From assembly GCA_963720265.1 (NCBI GenBank), contig CAVRET010000001.1, positions 5,916 through 69,915 of the forward strand: a stretch of DNA of 64,000 nt, read 5' to 3'. A program made the position numbers and the translations under genes. Under the pieces are notes generated by a model. It saw nothing but the letters and a program-made list of their open reading frames with translations. It did not search any database and was not told where the DNA came from. This DNA is from an uncultured bacterium (lineage in GTDB: Bacteria; Patescibacteriota; Saccharimonadia; UBA4664). Positions 36,262 to 46,398 of the stretch are shown piece by piece. Every line of letters starts with the position of its first letter. The first letter of the stretch is position 1.

Positions 36262-36996
36262 CTAAAGAATCTTAACTTGGTCGAGAGGAAGGAGTCGCAG
36301 GACCGCGTTGCCGATGATGTAGCTGGAGGGGAGCTCGCCCCATTCGCGCGAATCGAAGCTCCCGCCGGGTGTGCGGTTGTCGCCCATGACGAACAGGTTG
36401 TCGGGCTGCACCACTTCATCGGTATCGATAAGCGTTTGGGTGCCGGCGGGCTCGAAGCCGGCGTCGGGGTTGTAGCCGTCCGGGTGCTCTTTGTTATAAA
36501 CCGTAACCGTGCCGTTCTTGATCACAATATGATCACCGGGGAGGCCGATAACGCGCTTCACAAAGATTTTGGTGGGATCTTTGGGGTAGTGGAAGACGAT
36601 AATCTCGCCGCGGGCGGCTAGATACGGATCGTTGCGGTGGAAGACATCACGGGCTATGAGCGCTTCGGTGTAGCCGACTTTGGAAACGATGAGATAGTCG
36701 GCGTTGTGAAGCGTCGGCTGCATGCTGGTGCCGAGCACGTGGTAGGCCTGGAAAACAAAGTTGTGCAGAATTAAGACAACCGCGATTGGAAAGATGATCC
36801 AGGAGAAGATCGCTCCGAGGACCGCCCCAAAACCGGAAGCAATGCCCGACAGCGCTGAGCCGGTATCAGGGTCGTCGGACGGTGCTGGTTGAGCAGTAGG
36901 GTTAGCTGGAGGCTGGGACGGCGTTTGCGGGGCTGGTGAGGGCGGCGGGGGAGTAGGCCCGGCCGGTGGGGTCGGAGATTGGTTTTGTTCGTCCAT
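36262..36996 (-). CDS. lepB: Signal peptidase I
   Basis: GTSMQPTL (catalytic Ser box), KRVIGLPGD and GDNR…SFDSR boxes. N-terminal Pro-rich low-complexity region and a TM segment. Confidence 0.85.
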   Translation of the reverse strand: MDEQNQSPTPPAGPTPPPPSPAPQTPSQPPANPTAQPAPSDDPDTGSALSGIASGFGAVLGAIFSWIIFPIAVVLILHNFVFQAYHVLGTSMQPTLHNADYLIVSKVGYTEALIARDVFHRNDPYLAARGEIIVFHYPKDPTKIFVKRVIGLPGDHIVIKNGTVTVYNKEHPDGYNPDAGFEPAGTQTLIDTDEVVQPDNLFVMGDNRTPGGSFDSREWGELPSSYIIGNAVLRLLPLDQVKIL

Positions 36997-37089
36997 TGGT
37001 TACGAGTATAAGGGCAAGATATCTCAGTAACAAGGGCTTCGCAGCACGGGGTTGTTCAGCTTTCGTGATAGCGGTTATACTTAACTGCG

Positions 37090-38586
37090 ATGACGAGTTT
37101 CGAGGGTGGGCGGAGATTTGTAGACGGACCTCGGCCACCGCGGTCACTTGACGGACCGCGGCGACGGCCGTTGGCGCCGCGCGTCGCGCCGCCGGTGCCG
37201 GTGCCGGCCCAGCCGGCGTTTGAGTATCACGACCGGGTGCCGGAGCGGCCGCGAGTGCGGCGGTATTTGCTGCGGGCGGGCGGTGGCATACTCGGCTTGG
37301 TGTTGGCCACAATTGTGTGGTTTGGCTGGCAGACACTGAATGCGGCGCACAAGATAATTGCACATCCGGGTCCAGGTAGTGCGGCCCTAGCCGGCAAGCA
37401 GCTTGCGCCCAGCCAGCTCAAAGGTGAGGGGAGCGGCCGCGTCAACATTTTGGTTCTGGGAATCGGCGGTGAAGGGCATTCGGGGCCTGATTTGAGCGAT
37501 ACCATGATGGTTTGGAGTATTGACCCGCAAACAAAAGATGCGGCCATGCTATCGATTCCGCGTGATTTGTACGTGCAGATCCCGGGACACGGCTATGGAA
37601 AAATTAATTCGGCCAATGCCTTGGGCGGTCCACAGCTGGCTGAGCAGGTGGTGGAAAACGTCATTGGCGTGCCGATCGATTACTATGTGTTGATCGACTT
37701 CTCCGGCTTTAAGCAGGCAGTAGATGCAGTGGGCGGCATTGATTTTAATGTGCCGACGGCGCTTGATGACCCGCTGTTTCCGTGCGACGACAACACGCGG
37801 GATGCTAACGATTATTGCCCAATCCATTTTATGCCGGGGTTTCAGCACATGGACGGCGAACAGGCGCTGGAGTACTCGCGCTCGCGTGAGACCACGAGCG
37901 ATTTCGCTCGGGCGGCCAGGCAGCAACAGGTGCTGGTGGCGCTGCGAGCTAAGGCGCTGTCGGCGTCAACGCTGACCAACCCGATTAAGCTGACTGAACT
38001 AATTGACGCCGTAGGCGACCACTTGAAGACCGACTTGCAGCTCGGCGACTTGGAGCGGCTGGCACTTTTGGCCAAAGACGTCGACCCGACGAAAGTGACA
38101 CAAAACGTGATTAGCGCCGATCCGCCGAACCCGCTGCTCAACGTCGGCTACCTGATTCCGGGTGCCGGTTCCATTGAGCTGCCGAAGGCCGGCGAATTTA
38201 ATTATTCTGCGATTCAGGACTTTGTGCAGAACATTTTCGTGGATCATTATTTAACGCAAGAAAACGCGCTTATCCAAGTAGAGAACGGTTCGGGGCAGAC
38301 GGGTCTGGCCGCCGAGGTGGTGAACAGTCTGGCTGAAGCGCATTATAATGTGGAGGCACCGGGGAACGCGGCCGCTCCGGTGACGCAGACCGTTATTTAT
38401 GACTATACGAACGGCGCCAAACCGTATACTATTCATTATCTGGAACAGCGGTTTGGGGTGCAGGCTCAGGTAGAGCCGGCGCCAACGCCCGAACCACTGG
38501 CAAGCGGCCAGCAGCAGGCGCCGCCACAGATAAGGATTATTCTTGGTAACGACTATCACCAACCCGGTACGAGCGCTTCGCAGTAG
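37090..38586 (+). CDS. LytR-CpsA-Psr (LCP) family cell-envelope polymer transferase
   Basis: N-terminal TM, then RVNILVLGIGGEG…DTMMVWSIDPQTKDAAMLSIPRDLYVQIPGHG…NSANALGGPQL: the LCP catalytic-domain signature. A C-terminal LytR_C-like region follows. Confidence 0.8.
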   Translation: MTSFEGGRRFVDGPRPPRSLDGPRRRPLAPRVAPPVPVPAQPAFEYHDRVPERPRVRRYLLRAGGGILGLVLATIVWFGWQTLNAAHKIIAHPGPGSAALAGKQLAPSQLKGEGSGRVNILVLGIGGEGHSGPDLSDTMMVWSIDPQTKDAAMLSIPRDLYVQIPGHGYGKINSANALGGPQLAEQVVENVIGVPIDYYVLIDFSGFKQAVDAVGGIDFNVPTALDDPLFPCDDNTRDANDYCPIHFMPGFQHMDGEQALEYSRSRETTSDFARAARQQQVLVALRAKALSASTLTNPIKLTELIDAVGDHLKTDLQLGDLERLALLAKDVDPTKVTQNVISADPPNPLLNVGYLIPGAGSIELPKAGEFNYSAIQDFVQNIFVDHYLTQENALIQVENGSGQTGLAAEVVNSLAEAHYNVEAPGNAAAPVTQTVIYDYTNGAKPYTIHYLEQRFGVQAQVEPAPTPEPLASGQQQAPPQIRIILGNDYHQPGTSASQ

Positions 38587-39361
38587 ACTCTCGCGAGGTG
38601 AGCTGGTAAACGTGGCCGTAGCCGTTGGGCTTTCAGCCGTAGTGCTGGTGATCGCGCGGCATAGCGGGTGGTGGCTGCCGGCGGCAGCGGTGGTGCTGGT
38701 GGCAGAGTGGTGGGAGCTGGCCCGGCCTGGGCTTTCGGCCAAGCAGCGGCAGGAATTGGTACTTAGCCGATTCCCCGTGGTGGTGCTGGGGGTAAGTATG
38801 GCGGTGGTAATTTCGCTTGAATCGCGCCTGGTGGGGCAGGTGGCGACAGCTGTTTTGTACGCGGCTTTGCGATGGTGGTGGGCAGACGGCGTGCGCCAAG
38901 GTAAAACGAAGGGCGAGCCCGGCCATTTGCAACTTTGGCGGCTGCTGGCAGTGCAGGCCGTGCTGTTCGAGGCCATATTTTTGGCAGCAGCAATTCTTAA
39001 GCCGGCATCGTGGCAGGTGCTGGTCGTGGTATGGATCGGTGTGTATGGGTTGATTTACAGCGTGCTGTCGGCCTGGGGGGAACGGGCGGCCGGGGTGATG
39101 GCCGCGACTTGGGCGCTGGTGGCGACGGAAGTGGCATGGGTGCTGCAATTGTGGCTGTTTACCTACACAACGGCCGGCGGCTACGTGCTCGTGCCGCAGC
39201 CGGCGCTGATTCTGACCGCATTGGCATATTGCTTCGGCAGTGTCTATTGGTCGCAGCGGCAGGGGATGCTGAGCCGTGGTCGGTTGACCGAGTATTTGCT
39301 GATCGGCCTGGTTCTCATCGTAATTGTGGCTGTGGGTACGTCGTGGCGAGGGTCAATTTAG
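38543..39361 (+). CDS. Polytopic membrane protein, hypothetical
   Basis: About six hydrophobic helices, Trp-rich. The 5' end overlaps the LCP gene, so the real start is likely further downstream. Confidence 0.45.
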   Translation: MVTTITNPVRALRSRLSRGELVNVAVAVGLSAVVLVIARHSGWWLPAAAVVLVAEWWELARPGLSAKQRQELVLSRFPVVVLGVSMAVVISLESRLVGQVATAVLYAALRWWWADGVRQGKTKGEPGHLQLWRLLAVQAVLFEAIFLAAAILKPASWQVLVVVWIGVYGLIYSVLSAWGERAAGVMAATWALVATEVAWVLQLWLFTYTTAGGYVLVPQPALILTALAYCFGSVYWSQRQGMLSRGRLTEYLLIGLVLIVIVAVGTSWRGSI

Positions 39362-39389
39362 ACAAGACGCTTGTGCTAGCATTTAAGAG

Positions 39390-39917
39390 ATGAAATTTTC
39401 AAATAAAAGAATAATTCCCGACAAAATCCTTCACTACTTGCCGGGAATTTTCGTAGCGATAACGCTTTGCGGAGTCCTGATTGATCGAGATTTCGCTGAC
39501 CCGATCAGTAAGTTAGGTGCCTATGTCGGTATTGTGGGGGCAATTGGTCTCGTAGTATCAATTTTGGCCAATCTAATTAATGATCCAGCTAGTATCGGGT
39601 CGCCATCGAAACGTCAGAGCCGATCAATTATGCGTTTTACCCTTGTTATGCTTTCGCTTTTGTTATTCGGCGGAGCCATATCGTATAGCTCTGCAGACCG
39701 ATGTCGCACAAATTATGACATTCTTCACTGGGTTGAGTATTCCGGAGCGCTGGCATTTGCTTTGGCAGTCGGTCTCCGATTTGAAGCCCGCAAGCGGCCG
39801 GAAAATAAGTGGATCCGTATGATTTTAAGCGTTGCTTCGGGGTTCATCGGAGGTGCGGTGGCCCTTTACGTTGTGTTTTACCTGTCATTCTTAGCGAGTG
39901 TTTGCTGGGGGTTCTGA
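39390..39917 (+). CDS. Small membrane protein, hypothetical (lower-GC patch)
   Basis: Four predicted TM helices. The local GC of about 48% is visibly lower than in the neighbouring genes. Confidence 0.45.
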   Translation: MKFSNKRIIPDKILHYLPGIFVAITLCGVLIDRDFADPISKLGAYVGIVGAIGLVVSILANLINDPASIGSPSKRQSRSIMRFTLVMLSLLLFGGAISYSSADRCRTNYDILHWVEYSGALAFALAVGLRFEARKRPENKWIRMILSVASGFIGGAVALYVVFYLSFLASVCWGF

Positions 39918-40006
39918 GCAGCCTTCAGGGTAATTTCAGTCTGGGCCGGGAAACTTAGATTGTCTTGTATTATTAAGTATAGCCATTATTTTTTGAGGGA
40001 GCATAG

Positions 40007-41332
40007 ATGACCGAAGAGACCGAACCAAAGCCCGAACCAGCGCATGAACCACATCACCACGTTGAGCATGAGACGGTGATTGACGGGCCGGCAGACGATG
40101 CGCCGGCGACGCCGCTGCCGGTAGTGGCGGCTCGGGCGTTGGGCCGGCGGGCGCGCGGATTCCGGTTGCCGGGGACGAGTATCGTAATTTTGGCGCTCGG
40201 TGTTGGGCTGGTCGGCGGGATATTGGGTGCGTTTGCTTACGTCCAGTTTTTTGCCAGCTCGATTCCTGTTGATAAGCGGTCGATCGTGGTACAAGAGAGC
40301 TCGGCGGTGATTGGTGTGGCCAAGGCAGTGTCGCCGGCGGTGGTGTCGATTACGTCGCAGTCGGTTTCACAAGGCTTTTTTGGTTCTCAGCAGCAAGTGG
40401 AGGGCGCCGGGACCGGCATGATTGTGAAATCGGACGGATTGATTCTGACCAACCGCCACGTGGTGGACGACGATATGGCGACATACACGGTGGTGCTGTC
40501 GAACGGCAAGACATACCCGGCTAAGGTGTTGGCCCTGGACACGGTAAACGATCTCGCTTTTGTGAAGATCTCGGCCAGCAACTTGCCAACGGTTCAGCTT
40601 GCTGATTCAAGCCAGGTGCAGGTGGGCCAGCAAGTGGTGGCAATTGGGAACGCTTTGGGACAATTTCAGAATACGGTGACTCAGGGGATTATTTCGGGAC
40701 TATCGCGGGGAGTGACGGCTGGTGAGGACGGCAGCTCGGGCGACGACTCGGGTGGTATGGATTTTGGCAATGGCAGCAGTGGCAGTAGCAGTGCTGATGA
40801 CCCGTCTGAAGAGCAGCTAACCGATTTGTTCCAAACCGATGCGGCGATTAATCCAGGCAACTCCGGCGGCCCGCTCGTGAACCTGGACGGCCAAGTGGTG
40901 GGTATTGACACGGCCGTGGCCGGCGATGGGGCGCAGAATATCGGCTTTGCGATTCCGATTAACGATGCCAAGCCGTTAATTTCGAGCGTTGAAGCGACGG
41001 GCAAAATTGTGCGAGCATACTTGGGCGTGGAATACGTACAGCTCGACCCGCAGACGGCCAGTGCCAACAATCTGCCGGTGAGCGCGGGCGCATGGATCGA
41101 CGGTTCGGACGGCAATTCAGCCGTTGTGAGCGGCAGCCCCGCGGACAAGGCCGGCCTGCAGAGCGGCGACGTTATTACGAAAGTGAACGGCACGACGCTT
41201 GACGCGACGCACAGCTTGCAAACGGTGATCGGCACCTACAAGCCGGGTGATACGGTGAAGCTAACCGTGAATCGTGGCGGCAAGACGATTACGGTTAATG
41301 TAACCCTGGGCACGGCGCCAAGTTCCAACTAG
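40007..41332 (+). CDS. htrA: HtrA/DegP-family serine protease with a C-terminal PDZ domain
   Basis: N-terminal TM. Trypsin-like catalytic motifs (TNRHVVDD His, GNSGGPLVN Ser). A PDZ-like C-terminus (GSPADKAGLQSGDVITKVNG). Confidence 0.85.
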   Translation: MTEETEPKPEPAHEPHHHVEHETVIDGPADDAPATPLPVVAARALGRRARGFRLPGTSIVILALGVGLVGGILGAFAYVQFFASSIPVDKRSIVVQESSAVIGVAKAVSPAVVSITSQSVSQGFFGSQQQVEGAGTGMIVKSDGLILTNRHVVDDDMATYTVVLSNGKTYPAKVLALDTVNDLAFVKISASNLPTVQLADSSQVQVGQQVVAIGNALGQFQNTVTQGIISGLSRGVTAGEDGSSGDDSGGMDFGNGSSGSSSADDPSEEQLTDLFQTDAAINPGNSGGPLVNLDGQVVGIDTAVAGDGAQNIGFAIPINDAKPLISSVEATGKIVRAYLGVEYVQLDPQTASANNLPVSAGAWIDGSDGNSAVVSGSPADKAGLQSGDVITKVNGTTLDATHSLQTVIGTYKPGDTVKLTVNRGGKTITVNVTLGTAPSSN

Positions 41333-41370
41333 CGCCTCGCTGACCGGGCGTGGCATGCGCCAATGTGCTC

Positions 41371-41396
41371 AGCGGCCCGCCTGACGGCGGGCCGCT
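41371..41396. terminator. GC-rich perfect hairpin between the convergent genes
   Basis: AGCGGCCCGCC-tgac-GGCGGGCCGCT sits between the htrA stop and the stop of the minus-strand gene 41401..41865. No strong U-tract is present. Confidence 0.35.
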
Positions 41397-41400
41397 GTTG

Positions 41401-41865
41401 TCATGAGTGATCCCATTGCCCGAACTGGTAGTAGCCGACAATCCGTGCAATGGTGGCGGTGTTTGTCCCCCGCACGAGGGTGCCGGTTGTCTGATGGGGT
41501 CCGGGTCTGCCGGCTGACAGGTGCGGGATGTCCCAGCTCAAATGGCCAAGCGTTGAGCCGATGAGGCTGGGGTCGGGTGCCACTTCGTCGGGCGCCGTGA
41601 GCTCAGGGTGTTCATCGTCGCGGAAGAACGGCCGGCCGCGGCGCATGAGCCCAATGAGTCGTTCGGTTTCTCTGCGCATGGCACCGGATACCCTTGACTC
41701 AAGTTCCTCTGACCCGAGTTCATCGAACTTGCCGATGTGCGCCCAGGGGACAACACGGACCTGTACTAGACGGTGTGCCCAGACAACCACCAAGGATCTA
41801 AACAAGTGTCCGTCGCTCATGATGATGTGCATAGGGTCGGGATTACAAAACAGGCAATCGTCCAT
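41401..41865 (-). CDS. Hypothetical protein (possibly HIT-like fold; very uncertain)
   Basis: 154-aa ORF with an N-terminal CLFC. The fold assignment is only an impression. Confidence 0.3.
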   Translation of the reverse strand: MDDCLFCNPDPMHIIMSDGHLFRSLVVVWAHRLVQVRVVPWAHIGKFDELGSEELESRVSGAMRRETERLIGLMRRGRPFFRDDEHPELTAPDEVAPDPSLIGSTLGHLSWDIPHLSAGRPGPHQTTGTLVRGTNTATIARIVGYYQFGQWDHS

Positions 41866-41906
41866 AATTTTGCTTCTCCAAAGAACGAAGGGCCGGGATG
41901 GTCAGA

Positions 41907-42719
41907 TTATACCAGTTGGAAGCCTAAGATGAAGTAACCTTGCTCGATTGGTTGGAGGCCGACATCAGCGGCAGCGGTAACCAGCGCGTCGTGTTGCCAA
42001 GGGTCGGACTCGGTAAAGAGGAATCCGCCGGGCTTGAGATGGCGGGGGAGTTCGCCTAAGAAGCGGCGATAGATGCCAAGGCCGTCGGGACCGCCGAACA
42101 GGGAAATGGCCGGCTCGCGCTTCACTTCGGGCATGAGCTCGGCATTATCAGCCAAGTAGGGGAGATTTGTGACAACGGTAGCGAACGAACGGCCGGCGAG
42201 TTCCGGCGTGTCCCAGAGGTCGGAGCGGATGAATTCGATTTCGGTGCTATGTTCATGGGCATTGCGGCCCGCCACAATGAGTGCGAGTTCTGAGATATCG
42301 GTAGCAGAGACGGTAAGATCCGGCCTGGCGTGCTTGATGGCGACGGCGAGCGCGCCGGAGCCGGTGCCAATGTCGATCAGGGGAGAGTTCACGGGAGCGT
42401 ATTTGACGGCCCAGTCAACCATTTGCTCGGTTTCGACGCGCGGCGTCAGCACATCAGGGGTAATGAGCAGTTGGTGGCCGTAGAATTCGCGGCTGCCGGT
42501 GATGTGGACAAGCGGCTCGCGGTTTTCGCGACGGTTGATGAGCGAGTTGAATAATTCGAGTTGTGTAGTGTCGAGTTCGGTATCGTCGTGGGCCAGTACC
42601 CAAGCTCGATCACGTCCCAGCACATAGGCCATAATGAGTTCGGCATCGAGTTGTGAGCCAGGTACTTTGGCTTCGGTTAGTCGGCGGACGGCGTGATGGA
42701 GGGCATCTCTTGCGGTCAT
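41907..42719 (-). CDS. prmC: Release-factor glutamine N5-methyltransferase (PrmC/HemK family)
   Basis: Class I SAM-methyltransferase motifs (DIGTGSGALA) and an N(L/P)PY box (VVTNLPYL). The genomic neighbourhood includes prfA. Confidence 0.6.
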   Translation of the reverse strand: MTARDALHHAVRRLTEAKVPGSQLDAELIMAYVLGRDRAWVLAHDDTELDTTQLELFNSLINRRENREPLVHITGSREFYGHQLLITPDVLTPRVETEQMVDWAVKYAPVNSPLIDIGTGSGALAVAIKHARPDLTVSATDISELALIVAGRNAHEHSTEIEFIRSDLWDTPELAGRSFATVVTNLPYLADNAELMPEVKREPAISLFGGPDGLGIYRRFLGELPRHLKPGGFLFTESDPWQHDALVTAAADVGLQPIEQGYFILGFQLV

Positions 42720-43267
42720 CGAGCGGCCCGTATTAAAATTTGGTTCACGATATGGTCAAGGGACTCATTGGTGTTGATCAGGATAACTCCACGATCGCGC
42801 CATGTACTTACAAAAGCGGAATTCCAACCGAGGAGGTGCTTGAGCTCAGGATTGGTGTTGTTGAAACGCCTGCTATGGCGGGTTGTGAGCCGGTGCTCAA
42901 TAGTGTCGTTGTCGGCATAGAGGGCAAAACGCAGATGGAATTTCGAGAAGAAATCCTCGATATTCTCCGCTCCGCCACAAAAGAAGATTGCCCGGTGGCT
43001 CGAGGGCCGGTGGAGTTCATTAAAGCGTTCGGCGTCCCAGCGCCAGCGATGTGTCCTAAGCCAGGCTTCGGACAGGGGGAAGCCGGGAAAGTCTTTGACT
43101 CGCTGGCCGGTTGCGAGGTCCACCCAGTCGGCCAGCTGTTTGTCGTTATCAGTGTCGATTGCGATATAGCCGAGTTCGCACAGGCGCTGCGCGATCGTGC
43201 TTTTACCGGTACCGGAAAGGCCAAAAATGAGGTAGGCGCCGGGTTTTGGAGATGGTGACGATTTCAC
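42716..43267 (-). CDS. P-loop kinase (shikimate/adenylate-kinase-like fold)
   Basis: Walker A LIFGLSGTGKSTIAQ near the N-terminus; length 183 aa. Confidence 0.5.
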   Translation of the reverse strand: MKSSPSPKPGAYLIFGLSGTGKSTIAQRLCELGYIAIDTDNDKQLADWVDLATGQRVKDFPGFPLSEAWLRTHRWRWDAERFNELHRPSSHRAIFFCGGAENIEDFFSKFHLRFALYADNDTIEHRLTTRHSRRFNNTNPELKHLLGWNSAFVSTWRDRGVILINTNESLDHIVNQILIRAAR

Positions 43268-44115
43268 GAGACACCTCGTTGGCCGGCTGTGCGTTGGCGT
43301 ACAACCTCGTAGGCCATGACGACCGTGGCCGCGGAGACGTTGAGCGAATCGGCCAGGCCCAGCATGGGCAGACGGACGGGCTGATCAGCAGCTTGCTGCC
43401 AGGCGGGTGACAGGCCAAATTGCTCGCTGCCCATAATGATGGCAGTGGGTTTGGTGTAATCAACCTCGGTGTAGTTTTTTGTGGCCTGGACGATGGCGGC
43501 AGTGGATTGGATATTGTTTTCGTGCAGGAATTTGATGGTCTCGGGTGTGGTGGTGATGGCGGTGGGGACTTTGAACATCACGCCGGTGCTGGCGCGGACG
43601 ACATTGGGGTTAAAGAGATCGGTCACCGGATCGCAAATGATCACGGCAACGGCGCCAGTCGCGTCGGCCGAGCGTAAGATCGTACCAAGGTTGCCGGGCT
43701 TTTCAATAGACTCAACCACGATGAGGAAGGGGTCTTTGGGGAGCTTGAGTTCGGCCAGTGCCGTGTGCCATTGGCGGCCAACGGCCAGTAGACCTTCCGG
43801 CCGGTCGCGGTAGGCGGCTTTGGCAAGCGCTTCTTTGCCCAGCCTAACGGTGTTGACGCCGATGTCATGGGCGCGTTCGACCACGGCCGGCTCGTTTTCG
43901 CCGAGGTACCATTCCGGCGCGTAGTACAGAGCTTCGAGCTTGAAGCCGACTTCCAGGGCGCGGGTTATGGCGCGGTAGCCCTCAATGAGGAAAAGCCCGC
44001 GCTCGTCGCGCTCGGAGCGTTTGTGCAAAGCGTAGAGCGCTTTAACCTCGGGGTTGGCTGTGCCTGTAATGGCGGCGCTGTTTGCGGTCATGCGGTACTC
44101 CGGCTGGTAAGCCAT
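43264..44115 (-). CDS. SpoU/TrmH-family RNA 2'-O-methyltransferase (RlmB-like)
   Basis: LIVVESIEKPGNLGTILRSADATG and LGLSPAWQ…DQPVRLPMLGLADSLNVSAA are the SPOUT-class motifs. Confidence 0.7.
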   Translation of the reverse strand: MAYQPEYRMTANSAAITGTANPEVKALYALHKRSERDERGLFLIEGYRAITRALEVGFKLEALYYAPEWYLGENEPAVVERAHDIGVNTVRLGKEALAKAAYRDRPEGLLAVGRQWHTALAELKLPKDPFLIVVESIEKPGNLGTILRSADATGAVAVIICDPVTDLFNPNVVRASTGVMFKVPTAITTTPETIKFLHENNIQSTAAIVQATKNYTEVDYTKPTAIIMGSEQFGLSPAWQQAADQPVRLPMLGLADSLNVSAATVVMAYEVVRQRTAGQRGVS

Positions 44116-44828
44116 TCGAGCGAGTGCTTTAGCATTTGCTCCATGGCTTCGTCAGTGGAAAAGCCGTGATCGGCTTCTGAGATTTCGACCAGCTCAGCCT
44201 CGACACCGTGCTTTTTGAGGACTGCCAGGTATTTTCTCTTGTACTCGGGCTTGGCACCACCGGCCGAGATGATGAGCGACGGCGCGTGGTAACCTGTGAG
44301 GAAATCTTCGGGCTTGAGACTCCAGTATTGTTCCACCATGACAGGATTTAGGAGGTAATCTACGCGCCGGTCCGGCCGGTGGTAGAGGCCTAGCTCGGGC
44401 ACCAGGACGGCGGTTTTGAAAGCATCCTTAGTGGGGTAGGCGGGATCCAGGAGGACGGCCGTATCCACATCAAGGTCGCCGGACATTAGAATGGTGAGGC
44501 CGCCGAAGCTGTGGCCCATGAGGGTGATGTTTTTTGCCCCGTTCTCACGGGCAAACGCGGTGATGCTTGCGAGGTCATGGACCTGGTCTGTGAGTGTGAT
44601 GCCGGCCAGCTTCCTGGCGTCCGGCGCATCGCCGTAGAAGTTGAATCGCAAGACACTGTAGCCGCGGGTGCCCAGAAATTTTGAAATCTCGTAAGGCAAT
44701 GCGTCGCCCATACTAGCTGAGTTGCCGTGCGCGAAGATTACGAGTGGGCGGTTCCAGCCGCCGCGGAGCCTGGCATAAGCGATTTTGCTGTCTGCAAGAG
44801 GGATTCTCAGATGCTGCTCAGCGCTCAC
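44088..44828 (-). CDS. Alpha/beta-hydrolase family protein
   Basis: GHSFGG nucleophile elbow ([12 protein letters not shown]); 246 aa. Confidence 0.6.
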   Translation of the reverse strand: MSAEQHLRIPLADSKIAYARLRGGWNRPLVIFAHGNSASMGDALPYEISKFLGTRGYSVLRFNFYGDAPDARKLAGITLTDQVHDLASITAFARENGAKNITLMGHSFGGLTILMSGDLDVDTAVLLDPAYPTKDAFKTAVLVPELGLYHRPDRRVDYLLNPVMVEQYWSLKPEDFLTGYHAPSLIISAGGAKPEYKRKYLAVLKKHGVEAELVEISEADHGFSTDEAMEQMLKHSLEWLTSRSTA

Positions 44829-45910
44829 GCGGTAGCCTGCTCTAATTTTAAGCGAGTGTCCTCGGCGCGGAGGGCTTCGAGCATGGGCTCAATCGCGCCG
44901 GTCATGAAGGTGGGCAGATTATGCTCGGTGCGGCCGATGCGGTGGTCGGTGACGCGGTCTTGGGGGAAATTGTAGGTGCGGATTTTCTCGGAGCGGTCGC
45001 CGGTACCGATTTGGCTAAGCCTGGCTTCGCGGCCGGCGCGCTCTTCTTCCTCGCGCTTCATTTGCAGGAGGCGTGAGCGGAGGACATTCATTGCTTTGAT
45101 CTTGTTTTTGAGTTGGGACTTTTCGTCTTGGCAGGTAACGACGATGCCCGTGGGGAGGTGGGTGATACGCACGGCTGAATCAGTGGTGTTGACGGATTGG
45201 CCGCCATGGCCGGTGGACCGATAGACATCGATGCGGAGGTCTTTGTCTTCAATAACGAGGTCGGTTTCTTCGGCTTCAGGCAGGACTGCAACTGTGACGG
45301 TTGAGGTGTGGATGCGGCCTTGCGATTCGGTTTCGGGCACGCGCTGCACGCGATGGACGCCGGATTCGTATTTGAGCCAGCCGTAGGCGCCGTTGCCCTG
45401 GACTTCAAAAATGATTTCTTTGTAGCCGCCGACTTCGGAAGGCGACTCGGAGACGAGCTCAATACGCCATTGCTTGGTTTCGGCAAAGCGGGCATACAGG
45501 CGGTAAAGTTCGGCGGCGAATAGCGAGGCCTCGTCGCCGCCGGCGCCGGCCCGGATTTCCATGATGGCGGTTTTGGCATCGGCCGGGTCGCGGGGAGCAA
45601 GCGCGGTACGCAGATCGGCCTGGGCTGTCACTAGGGTTCGCTCAAGCTCGACCAGTTCAGCCTCGGCGTCGTCGTGGAGGTCGGGATCGTCGAGCAAGGC
45701 TTTGGTGGCCGTGATTTGCGCTTCAGTGCCGCCAACTTTATCAAACAGGCTGATCACGTTGTTGATACGGCTAAGCTCTTTGGTCTTGGCAATGTAGTCA
45801 CTTGATGAATAGTCGGTAGTAGCCGCGAGTTCGGCTTCGAGGCTACGGGCGCTGTCGCGATAGGTGGTTTGGGTTTGATCCATGGCTAGTTCCTTTGAAA
45901 CGAGTACCAA
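44825..45910 (-). CDS. prfA: Peptide chain release factor 1
   Basis: GGQ motif ([26 protein letters not shown]) and a P-x-T tripeptide ([14 protein letters not shown]), which indicates RF1 rather than RF2. Confidence 0.85.
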   Translation of the reverse strand: MVLVSKELAMDQTQTTYRDSARSLEAELAATTDYSSSDYIAKTKELSRINNVISLFDKVGGTEAQITATKALLDDPDLHDDAEAELVELERTLVTAQADLRTALAPRDPADAKTAIMEIRAGAGGDEASLFAAELYRLYARFAETKQWRIELVSESPSEVGGYKEIIFEVQGNGAYGWLKYESGVHRVQRVPETESQGRIHTSTVTVAVLPEAEETDLVIEDKDLRIDVYRSTGHGGQSVNTTDSAVRITHLPTGIVVTCQDEKSQLKNKIKAMNVLRSRLLQMKREEEERAGREARLSQIGTGDRSEKIRTYNFPQDRVTDHRIGRTEHNLPTFMTGAIEPMLEALRAEDTRLKLEQATA

Positions 45911-45955
45911 AAAACGCTCTGCCTCAATTGTAGCAAGAGCGTTTGTGGTACGAAA

Positions 45956-46354
45956 TTAAGCGTCGGCTTTGGCAGCTGCGGATTCGGTTTGCTCCTGAAG
46001 CTCGGCCTGAATTTTGGCCAGCTCGGCGTCTTTCTTGTTCTTGGCCTCGGCGCGCACTTCGGCGTGCTTGGTGGCCTTAGCCTGGCGGGCCTTGAACTTG
46101 TCAACGCGGCCAGCGGTGTCGATGAGTTTTTGCTTACCGGTGTAAAACGGATGGCAGTTGGAGCAAATTTCAACATTAATCTCCTTCACGGTCGTGTGAG
46201 TAGTGAAGGTAGTGTTGCAGCCGTTGCAGTGTACTACGGTTTCGTAGATTTGAGGGTGAATTCCAGCTTTCATAACTAAATGATTGTATCTTATTTTGGC
46301 GGGTTGGTCAATGGGTCGCGAGGGGACGATTGATTGCAAAATGGTCCGACCCAC
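45956..46354 (-). CDS. rpmE: 50S ribosomal protein L31 with a C-terminal extension
   Basis: [19 protein letters not shown]…[10 protein letters not shown] (Zn-ribbon L31), followed by a ~60-aa Lys/Ala/Glu-rich tail. Confidence 0.8.
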   Translation of the reverse strand: MGRTILQSIVPSRPIDQPAKIRYNHLVMKAGIHPQIYETVVHCNGCNTTFTTHTTVKEINVEICSNCHPFYTGKQKLIDTAGRVDKFKARQAKATKHAEVRAEAKNKKDAELAKIQAELQEQTESAAAKADA

Positions 46355-46398
46355 CTCGCTGCACAGTCTCGTGCGGTGAGGTGGGTCGTAGCACCCTC

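Noticed and set aside
36137-36500. Standard one-piece tmRNA ending at the CCA at 36137
   Set aside because: Only about 125 nt are available before the lepB stop codon. No tag-peptide reading frame (…AA-stop) was found. The element is therefore kept only as a tRNA-like element.
36040-36621. 193-aa plus-strand ORF overlapping lepB and the tRNA-like element
   Set aside because: It is antisense to the well-supported signal peptidase gene and has no protein-like features.
45088-45600. 170-aa ORF antisense to prfA. Similar antisense ORFs lie in rpoD (46615..47229) and tsf (49197..49634).
   Set aside because: They are antisense to strongly supported housekeeping genes, and their products are low-complexity.
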